This document shows positions 57,084 to 62,897 of a stretch of DNA of 64,000 nucleotides, one piece after another. Within the stretch, counting starts at the first letter, position 1. Each line of letters opens with the position of its first letter. Both the position numbers and the translations under genes were made by a program. The DNA lies in the IMG/VR virus record IMGVR_UViG_3300049001_000044, positions 1 to 64,000 of that record. The stretch is one strand, 5' to 3'. The notes under the pieces are model-generated. The model made no database searches. It was given only the letters and a program-made list of their open reading frames with translations, and was not told where the DNA came from.

Positions 57084-57145
57084 TGGAAAATGCGAACGCA
57101 AAAAGGCCCCTCCTCGAGAGGGGCCGGCTGGAGAAGGCCGCCGGA

Positions 57146-57436
57146 TTAGTGGACGGTCGGGGCTTCCCAGTGGGTGTTGCGGAACTTCGTGGCCGCCTTC
57201 TTCATCGACTTCAGGGCCGTCTCGATGTCCGTTTTCATGGTGACACCCTCAACGCCGATTTCTTTTGCGAAGGCAACCAGCTTGGCCTTGTTCGCTTCCT
57301 TCGAGGCGATCGGGCCGGCGTCGATGACGGACTGAACGTAGGTGTAACCGAAGCGGAAACCGCGGGGACCCGGTTGGACGTGGTTCGCGGCGGCGTTTTT
57401 CTTGGTGTTCTTCGATGCGGTAGCTGCGTTTGCCAT
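57146..57436 (-). CDS. GxRGFxFG-family paralog (domain only)
   Basis: GPRGFRFGYTYVQSVIDAG...EANKAKLVAFA, close to the 1467..1907 C-terminus. Confidence 0.9.
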   Translation of the reverse strand: MANAATASKNTKKNAAANHVQPGPRGFRFGYTYVQSVIDAGPIASKEANKAKLVAFAKEIGVEGVTMKTDIETALKSMKKAATKFRNTHWEAPTVH

Positions 57437-57495
57437 GGTCGTTCTCCTTTGAAAATTTCAGTTTACTTTCGGGTTTTACTTCGTTTGTTTCTGTT

Positions 57496-57571
57496 GATGA
57501 GGCTATAGTACCACAACCTGGGTGGATGTACACAGTAATTTGTGTAAAAGTTGTAACAGGTAGTTGTTACC
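57496..57571 (-). promoter_or_regulatory. Early promoter cassette
   Basis: GATGAGGCTATAGTACCAC...TGTACAC...TTGTAACAGGTAGTTGTTAC. Confidence 0.75.
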
Positions 57572-57689
57572 GCTAGGAAACATACGAACCGAAACGACCT
57601 CTATTATAGAAGGGACCTCCTCTATATAAGGAGCGCAGAAACGACAAGAGGAACCCGAAGGTTCCTCTCATTGATATGAATCACAAAAC

Positions 57690-58022
57690 TTACGCAGCTT
57701 TGTCGGGATACTGAGCGTCCAGCATCTCGATATAGCCATGGGGAGAAGTTCCTGGCTCAAGGTTGTGGACCTTGTTGAAGCCATTCTCCAGAGAGATCAT
57801 GCTTTCTGCTGGGGTTATTCCACCGGTATACTTACCGTCCCCTTTCTTGTGCATGAGCTCCTTTTCGCCAGGGTTGATGGAACCCCAGTTACCGTCGCGA
57901 GGGGTTCCACGTTCCATCACTGGCTCAACGAAGTATCGTTTGCCAGTGCGAAGGGAGCTCACGATGAATCTGCCTGTCTCATCAGTATTGGTGAGGAACT
58001 TCTTGGTGAAGTCAGCGTCCAT
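57690..58022 (-). CDS. Hypothetical protein
   Basis: RBS AAGGAG; 110 aa. Confidence 0.8.
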   Translation of the reverse strand: MDADFTKKFLTNTDETGRFIVSSLRTGKRYFVEPVMERGTPRDGNWGSINPGEKELMHKKGDGKYTGGITPAESMISLENGFNKVHNLEPGTSPHGYIEMLDAQYPDKAA

Positions 58023-58038
58023 GTGGTGCTCCTTGTGT

Positions 58039-58112
58039 TGGTACTCCCTAGTGGAATCGAACCACTGTGTCTGTCGAGTCAGGACAGTGCTCTACCATTG
58101 AGCTAAGGGAGT
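58039..58112 (-). tRNA. tRNA-Val(GAC)-like, atypical (A1-U72, U37)
   Basis: Cloverleaf; anticodon loop CUGACUC. Confidence 0.75.
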
Positions 58113-58125
58113 AGGGTTGAGAAAA

Positions 58126-58323
58126 TTATTTGGACTTCCTTACGTGCTTCTTACAGGAAGTGCGGTCAACGCATTCTAACTTTGACGCGTTGTGATGAAT
58201 TACTGCTTCGATGTTGAGAACGCTTTCGCTGGGAGTGCGACCACATCGTACACACGATCTGTTTTTCCAGAGAGGTGATTTGCCGTTGTGGACATTCCAC
58301 GAAGTGTCGGTGTCATTGATCAT
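58126..58323 (-). CDS. Small Cys-containing hypothetical protein
   Basis: CVRC...C....C. Confidence 0.6.
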   Translation of the reverse strand: MINDTDTSWNVHNGKSPLWKNRSCVRCGRTPSESVLNIEAVIHHNASKLECVDRTSCKKHVRKSK

Positions 58324-58400
58324 GGTAGGCCAAGTCGGATTCGAACCGACGATCTCGCGATTATGAGTCGCTTGCTTTAGGCCATCTAAGCTATTGGCCC
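58323..58400 (-). tRNA. tRNA-Ile2(CAT)
   Basis: GCGACUCAUAAUCGC anticodon arm as in bacterial Ile2. Confidence 0.85.
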
Positions 58401-58407
58401 CGTTGTT

Positions 58408-58590
58408 TGGTGTCTCCTGTGGGAATTGAACCCACTCTATTCATTCTTAGTAAATGACAGTGCCCTAAACCATCTCCACTCCACCCTCGCGGATGAGTAT
58501 CGGCCGATTCCAACAACCGAAATGATGAAGCTTTGAAAGGTTTAGTCCCGCTCTGCTCTAGAATCAGAGCAAGCCTTACACTAAGGAGAC
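58408..58590 (-). ncRNA. tRNA-like RNA with a 114-nt structured D-loop
   Basis: GUCUCCU/AGGAGAC acceptor plus ACCA, GUGU/GCAC D stem, UUCAAUU T loop; insertion 58464-58577. Confidence 0.75.
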
Positions 58591-58598
58591 GATGTTCT

Positions 58599-58728
58599 TG
58601 GCGCCGATGGATAGGATTCGAACCTACCGACCACCCTCGAGATAGGAGATAACCATCCACGGGCGGTTGCAATACAACAAAGATTGCGGACGATGTTTTA
58701 GGTGCTCTAACCACTGAGCTACATCGGC
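58599..58728 (-). ncRNA. tRNA-Y RNA chimera: tRNA acceptor, D and T arms with a permuted Y module replacing the anticodon arm
   Basis: GCCGAUG/CAUCGGC-G-CCA; insert AUCGUCCGC-AAUCU-UUG-UUGU-AUU-GCAA[C]CGC-CC-GUGGAUGGU-UAUCU. Confidence 0.75.
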
Positions 58729-58779
58729 ATTTTGGAAGTGATGAGTAATTATACTCTGTAGTGCATGCTACTAAAACTG

Positions 58780-58855
58780 TGGTGGTGAGAGTGGGAATCG
58801 AACCCACCTGTTCTTCCTTATGAGGGAAGTGCATAAACCTCTCTGCCATCTCACC
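58780..58855 (-). tRNA. tRNA-Met(CAT)
   Basis: Cloverleaf, loop CUCAUAA; Met versus Ile2 not certain. Confidence 0.8.
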
Positions 58856-58860
58856 ATGCT

Positions 58861-58935
58861 TGGACCCTCCGATTGGATTCGAACCAACGTCTGTCGCTTT
58901 AGAAGAGCGATGCATTTCCGCTATGCTACAGAGGG
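58861..58935 (-). tRNA. tRNA-Arg(TCT)
   Basis: Cloverleaf, loop CUUCUAA. Confidence 0.9.
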
Positions 58936-58941
58936 ATTGTT

Positions 58942-59013
58942 TGGAGCCTCGAACTGGAGTCGAACCAGTCATTTGACCTTCGGACGGTCAATGCTAAGTC
59001 CCTTAGTCGAGAC
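58942..59013 (-). tRNA. Compact atypical tRNA, anticodon CCG (Arg)
   Basis: 7-bp acceptor, no 8/9 linker, 4-bp D stem with 5-nt loop, 6-bp anticodon stem, 3-nt variable loop. Confidence 0.6.
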
Positions 59014-59173
59014 AAACTTCTTCGAACTTACCTGCCTCGATGGCGTCAAGCGCGCGGTTAATCGCGGCGGCTATCTGTTCAGGGGTTGCGTTTGGATTGG
59101 TGCCAGGAAAGATGTTGAATTTCCTAACGTCCATCTCAACCAAACGCGCATGCAGTTTAGTAAGTTCGGTCAT
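59003..59173 (-). CDS. Small hypothetical protein (56 aa)
   Basis: MTELTKLHARLVEMDVRKFNIFPG...; stop lies inside the 5' end of the compact tRNA. Confidence 0.55.
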   Translation of the reverse strand: MTELTKLHARLVEMDVRKFNIFPGTNPNATPEQIAAAINRALDAIEAGKFEEVCLD

Positions 59174-59199
59174 TTAAAGTTCCAAAGTAAGAAAGGAGA

Positions 59200-59272
59200 G
59201 CCAACAAAAGAGTGGTAGACGGGATTGGGTTTGAGTAAAAGTCAAAGATAACCATCGTACCTGTCGGTTGGC
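59200..59272 (-). ncRNA. Minimal 73-nt Y RNA
   Basis: GCCAA[C]CGA-CA-GGUA-C-GAUGG-UUAUCU, pyrimidine-rich loop, then CCGUC-UACC-ACUCUU-UUG-UUGGC. Confidence 0.78.
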
Positions 59273-59277
59273 AAACT

Positions 59278-59351
59278 TGGTGCCCAATGTAGGAATCGAA
59301 CCTACGCCTGTTGATTACGAAACAACTAGACTACCACTATCCTAAGTGGGC
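59278..59351 (-). tRNA. tRNA-Thr(CGT)
   Basis: Cloverleaf, loop UUCGUAA. Confidence 0.85.
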
Positions 59352-59356
59352 AAATC

Positions 59357-59429
59357 TGGTACCGCGTGAAGGAGTCGAACCTTCTTAATCGGGCTTCGTA
59401 GACCCAACACCGGTTCCGCCGGCCGCGGT
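59357..59429 (-). tRNA. Compact atypical tRNA, anticodon ACG (Arg)
   Basis: Same architecture as 58942..59013: CCGG/CCGG D stem with 5-nt loop, 6-bp anticodon stem. Confidence 0.6.
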
Positions 59430-59612
59430 ATTGTCTTGTGTATCCAGTTCATCCACACCGTTAAAGAGCCACTCACTGCAGTCTTCGCTTAAGTGCATGC
59501 CTGGGATTTCTACTGCTGTTCTGTTGTCGTCATCATCTACGTGAATGATGACGATTGGTCCTGCAATTCCTACGATACCTAGTTCGAACATTCTAGTCAT
59601 GCCACTCACCAT
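59385..59612 (-). CDS. Hypothetical protein (3' end overlaps the compact tRNA)
   Basis: Acidic ORF filling the gap; start uncertain. Confidence 0.45.
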   Translation of the reverse strand: MVSGMTRMFELGIVGIAGPIVIIHVDDDDNRTAVEIPGMHLSEDCSEWLFNGVDELDTQDNTAAGGTGVGSTKPD

Positions 59613-59904
59613 AACGGCAGTGCCACAGTTCGTGACCTATAATCGAAAGGCGTTGTTCATCGTACATGAAGCGTTGTGGCATAACGTAGATAACGCACTT
59701 CTTCTCAACTGGATAGAAGGCGTTGCAGCCATTTGCTTCGTACTGTACACCAAGCTTGTTGCATGTCTCGGTGATTTTGTTGTCAGGAACGATCACGATC
59801 TCAGTCGTGAAGTTAGGATCATCCCTCGTATGCATCAGTGGCTTTGGCGAATTGTCGCAAGCGGACAGTGCTAGGAAGGAGAGAAGAATTGCAAGTCGTT
59901 TCAT
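59593..59904 (-). CDS. Lipoprotein
   Basis: LSAC lipobox; HELWHC motif. Confidence 0.85.
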   Translation of the reverse strand: MKRLAILLSFLALSACDNSPKPLMHTRDDPNFTTEIVIVPDNKITETCNKLGVQYEANGCNAFYPVEKKCVIYVMPQRFMYDEQRLSIIGHELWHCRYGEWHD

Positions 59905-59949
59905 GATGACCTCCAGGTTTGTGAAGGTATTTATCAGGCCGACTGATTG

Positions 59950-60023
59950 TGGAGTCCCAGGCAGGAATCGAACCCGCGTCTGTGAGGTTGCAGCTCACCG
60001 TCTTACCATTGGACCACTGGGAC
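59950..60023 (-). tRNA. tRNA-Cys(GCA)
   Basis: Cloverleaf, U73. Confidence 0.92.
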
Positions 60024-60029
60024 ATTGTT

Positions 60030-60105
60030 TGGTACACGAGGTCGGACTCGAACCGACGATAGCCCACTTGTAAGGAGGGTGATTTAGCCGCTAATCTACT
60101 CGTGC
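60030..60105 (-). tRNA. tRNA-Val(TAC)
   Basis: Cloverleaf, loop CUUACAA. Confidence 0.9.
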
Positions 60106-60113
60106 ATTGTGAT

Positions 60114-60189
60114 TGGACCCGCGGAGAGGGTTCGAACCTCCGACCTCTACGTTCGTAGCGTAGTGCTCTTCCAACTGAGCTACCGCGAG
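60114..60189 (-). tRNA. tRNA-Arg(ACG), canonical
   Basis: Cloverleaf, loop CUACGAA. Confidence 0.92.
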
Positions 60190-60195
60190 TTAGTT

Positions 60196-60268
60196 TGGCA
60201 ACGGTGTAGAGAGTCGAACTCTATCCGATCTGGGTCAGAGCCAGACGTGCATTCCAATGCTCACCGCA
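60196..60268 (-). tRNA. tRNA-Gln(CTG)
   Basis: Cloverleaf, loop CUCUGAC. Confidence 0.88.
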
Positions 60269-60275
60269 ATTGTTC

Positions 60276-60686
60276 TTAAATTATCTTTTTCCATTCATCA
60301 TCGAAATCTCCGACTTCGATAATTCGTGGATTTGGAAATGATTTATCAAATTGACGCGCTGTAAAGTCCACAACATACATGCCAACTTGAACAGCTGTAT
60401 GGCCATCACCTTCGCCATACTCTTTAGGAATGTCATTCCATTTTCTATTTGTTGCTGCTTCACCAGTGATAAACGTCGAGTGAATGCCTCTGTCATTTAA
60501 CCAATCAATGAAAGTATTCGACACCATCGAGCATGTTCCATTTTCATCTTCTAGCTCTCTTAAAGGAGCGCCCCATTCTTTACGGCCTTTCTCACCATCA
60601 AATTCTTTTTTGAATTCATTGGCAAGTTTTACTAACTCTTGGTAAGTCGGACTATGAGAAGATTCAAAGAGCTCTCTAATTTTCAT
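60276..60686 (-). CDS. AT-rich hypothetical protein with capsid-targeting-like N-terminus
   Basis: MKIRELFES; GTCSMVS...GDGHTAV...VVDFTARQF; late promoter at 60712. Confidence 0.85.
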   Translation of the reverse strand: MKIRELFESSHSPTYQELVKLANEFKKEFDGEKGRKEWGAPLRELEDENGTCSMVSNTFIDWLNDRGIHSTFITGEAATNRKWNDIPKEYGEGDGHTAVQVGMYVVDFTARQFDKSFPNPRIIEVGDFDDEWKKII

Positions 60687-60720
60687 GCTTATACTCCTAA
60701 TTTTGATGGAGTATTTATGT

Positions 60721-60793
60721 TGGCAACGGTGTAGAGAATCGAACTCTATCCAGTCTGGTTCAAAGCCAGATGTACCTACCTAGGTTCACCGCA
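60721..60793 (-). tRNA. tRNA-Gln(TTG)
   Basis: Near-duplicate of 60196..60268; loop CUUUGAA. Confidence 0.88.
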
Positions 60794-60922
60794 ATTGTTC
60801 TTTTAAGAAATTTACTTTCAGAAACTGTATTGAATGCTGTCAAGCCGCGGGTTCCTATTAACGAGGATCAAACGACGTGAATTTTTTAAGCATACAATTG
60901 AACTTATCTACAGGACGATGCT

Positions 60923-61084
60923 ATGAACAAACCCTTGACCGATGAGCTTCTAGATGAGCTGGAAAGCAAACTCACCGAGCTTCTTACGGCGGAACTCGAT
61001 CATTTTGAGCTGATACCCATCGATGAATTCTCAAACGAGTTCATCATGTCACATGACACCGATTATAGATGTAAGGAGGAGTAA
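60923..61084 (+). CDS. Small acidic protein antisense to the tRNA array
   Basis: MNKPLTDELLDELESKL...; AGGA RBS and TACAAT upstream. Confidence 0.5.
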   Translation: MNKPLTDELLDELESKLTELLTAELDHFELIPIDEFSNEFIMSHDTDYRCKEE

Positions 61085-61085
61085 A

Positions 61086-61161
61086 TGGTGGATCCTCAGG
61101 GAATCGAACCCTGCAATGTCTGGTTAAAAGCCAGGTGCCTAAACCGATCGGCCTAAGATCC
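61086..61161 (-). tRNA. tRNA-Lys(TTT)
   Basis: Cloverleaf, loop CUUUUAA. Confidence 0.9.
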
Positions 61162-61166
61162 ATGTT

Positions 61167-61245
61167 TGGTAGAGGGTCTCGGAATCGAACCGAGTTCTTA
61201 TGCTCTTCAGGCATACGCTGGAATGACCACACTAGCTCACCCTCC
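61167..61245 (-). tRNA. tRNA-Phe(GAA)
   Basis: Cloverleaf, loop CUGAAGA. Confidence 0.85.
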
Positions 61246-61254
61246 ATTGAATTT

Positions 61255-61330
61255 TGGTGCCGCCAACTGGTAACGATCCAGTCTCTCCTGTTTTTCAGAC
61301 AAGCGCTTTCACCTGATTAGCTTTAGCGGC
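61255..61330 (-). tRNA. tRNA-Phe(GAA), second copy with atypical T loop
   Basis: Loop CUGAAAA; T loop AUCGUUA. Confidence 0.85.
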
Positions 61331-61332
61331 AT

Positions 61333-61415
61333 TGGTCCTTGAGGTAGGAATTGAACCTACGTTGTCTTTCGACCCGCCTTATCAAGACGGTGCCTAACCA
61401 TTCGGCCACCCAAGG
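61333..61415 (-). tRNA. Long-variable-arm tRNA with anticodon GAT
   Basis: 3-bp D stem, GUC-GAAA-GAC variable hairpin, loop UUGAUAA. Confidence 0.8.
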
Positions 61416-61424
61416 AATGAAATC

Positions 61425-61500
61425 TGGCGGAACTGACGGGTTTCGATCCCGCTTCCTCACCCGTGACAGGGGTGCGCTCTCCCGATTGAGCTACAGCTCC
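61425..61500 (-). tRNA. tRNA-Asp(GTC)
   Basis: Cloverleaf, G73. Confidence 0.92.
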
Positions 61501-61501
61501 A

Positions 61502-61577
61502 TGGTCCCTGCAGCTGGATTCGAACCAACGACCTAAGCGTTATCAACACTTTGCTCTACCGACTGAGCTATGCAGGG
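61502..61577 (-). tRNA. tRNA-Ile(GAT), canonical
   Basis: Cloverleaf, loop UUGAUAA. Confidence 0.92.
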
Positions 61578-61584
61578 AATGTTT

Positions 61585-61659
61585 TGGCGATCCATACGAG
61601 AATCGAACTCGTTTCTCCGGTTAGACAGACCAGAATAATAACCAATATAAGAATGGACC
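61585..61659 (-). tRNA. tRNA-Asp(GTC)-like, atypical (U37, AU-rich D arm)
   Basis: Loop CUGUCUA; G73. Confidence 0.75.
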
Positions 61660-61665
61660 AATGTT

Positions 61666-61740
61666 TGGCATCGCGTACGGGAGTCGAACCCGTCTGAACT
61701 GGTTGAAAGCCAGGTGACCTCACCCGAAGTCGAACGCGAT
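61666..61740 (-). tRNA. tRNA-Glu(TTC)
   Basis: Loop CUUUCAA. Confidence 0.88.
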
Positions 61741-61746
61741 AATGTT

Positions 61747-61822
61747 TGGCGGTGCCGTGAAGGAATCGAACCCTCGATTTGAAGTTTGGAGCTTCATGTG
61801 TTACCAACTACACTAACGACCC
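61747..61822 (-). tRNA. tRNA-Trp(CCA)
   Basis: Loop CUCCAAA; one bulged A in the acceptor stem. Confidence 0.85.
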
Positions 61823-61829
61823 GTTGATT

Positions 61830-61905
61830 TGGTGCTGACGACAGGATTCGAACCTGCAACCTATTCCATACCAAGGAATTGCACAGCCAGTTGTGCTACG
61901 TCAGC
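61830..61905 (-). tRNA. tRNA-Thr(GGT), second copy
   Basis: Loop UUGGUAU. Confidence 0.88.
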
Positions 61906-61912
61906 AATGTTT

Positions 61913-61988
61913 TGGCTCCCCAGGCTGGACTCGAACCAACGACCATCTGATTAACAGTCAGACACTCTACCAACTGAGCTACTGGGGA
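61913..61988 (-). tRNA. tRNA-Asn(GTT)
   Basis: Canonical cloverleaf. Confidence 0.93.
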
Positions 61989-61995
61989 ATTGTTT

Positions 61996-62073
61996 TGGCT
62001 CCGTACCCTGGAGTCGAACCAGGCTCTATACTGATTAACAGTCAGTCGCATACACCACGCTTGCTCGTACGGA
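61996..62073 (-). tRNA. tRNA-Asn(GTT), second divergent copy
   Basis: Loop CUGUUAA. Confidence 0.88.
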
Positions 62074-62080
62074 ATTGATT

Positions 62081-62155
62081 TGGTGGGGGCAGTGAGAATC
62101 GAACTCACCTCTCTCCGGTTAAGAGCCGGGACTTCGCCAGCAAAGTTTCACCCCC
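62081..62155 (-). tRNA. tRNA-Lys(CTT)
   Basis: Loop CUCUUAA. Confidence 0.88.
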
Positions 62156-62162
62156 AATGTTT

Positions 62163-62237
62163 TGGCATCGCCGAGGAGAGTCGAACTCCCGTCTCCAGAT
62201 TGAAAGTCTAGCGTCCTAACCATTAGACGACGGCGAT
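62163..62237 (-). tRNA. tRNA-Glu(TTC), second copy
   Basis: Canonical cloverleaf. Confidence 0.9.
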
Positions 62238-62246
62238 ATTGAATTT

Positions 62247-62320
62247 TGGTGTGACGTCGGGTTTCGATCCCTATCTCCAAGTTTCACAGACTTGAGTGCT
62301 CCCATTACACTATCGTCACC
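62247..62320 (-). tRNA. tRNA-His(GTG)
   Basis: Loop CUGUGAA; acceptor/T junction slightly irregular. Confidence 0.82.
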
Positions 62321-62324
62321 ACTG

Positions 62325-62800
62325 AATTTTTCCATTTGTAAGAGCACTAACGTTTCAACCATTCTTAGAAGACGGGGTATTGCAACCGTTCTCATTAGAA
62401 CTCTAACAAATGGAAGCTGCGCGATTTCTCTAGCAGCATACTTCCATTGCCAAATTCATTTTGCCTTTGTCGCACTCGTCTATCTGAAGGCTACTCGATA
62501 GGTTCATCGCGGTCCGGGTTTGTTAGCTCGGATACCCTGTCCGAGGATCGCTGTTTCCCAACAGCTAAAAACAAAGAAGGGATAATCTTTCGATTATCCC
62601 TTAGTGTTTGCTTGGATTTAGTCTTCGACTTAACAGTCTGGACGTTTATCCCCTACACTAAGGGTGGTGCTAATATTCTCGACGCGTTCAAAGCGCACGG
62701 TATCGCGTTGGCAATCATGCTGCCAATTTTGATTCGTGTGTTTAAACATTGCGTTGATCATATCAAGCTCCAGAATTTTCCAATGCAACAATTTGCATTG
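62325..62800 (-). ncRNA. Candidate structured ncRNA, unidentified
   Basis: No convincing ORF; perfect TATAAATA at 62807-62814; several strong hairpins with GNRA loops. Confidence 0.4.
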
Positions 62801-62897
62801 TGAAGTTATTTATAGGGATGCCGAAAAATTCAGCAACCTGAAGAACGAAGATGTTGTTGCATCGTCGTTGTGAAGTTATTTACGTGGGGTTTTAACC

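Noticed and set aside
58408-58590. Amber recoding suggested by the CUA triplet
   Set aside because: The loop lacks U33, and well-supported genes end normally at TAG (e.g. 449..1303, 56482..56949); no fragmented ORFs.
62325-62800. tmRNA, RNase P RNA or group I intron identity
   Set aside because: Only partial look-alikes (GCAAAC, AACAAACCCGG, GAAGACUA). No alanyl tRNA-like ends or tag frame, no proper P4 register, and no UAGUC partner for P7.
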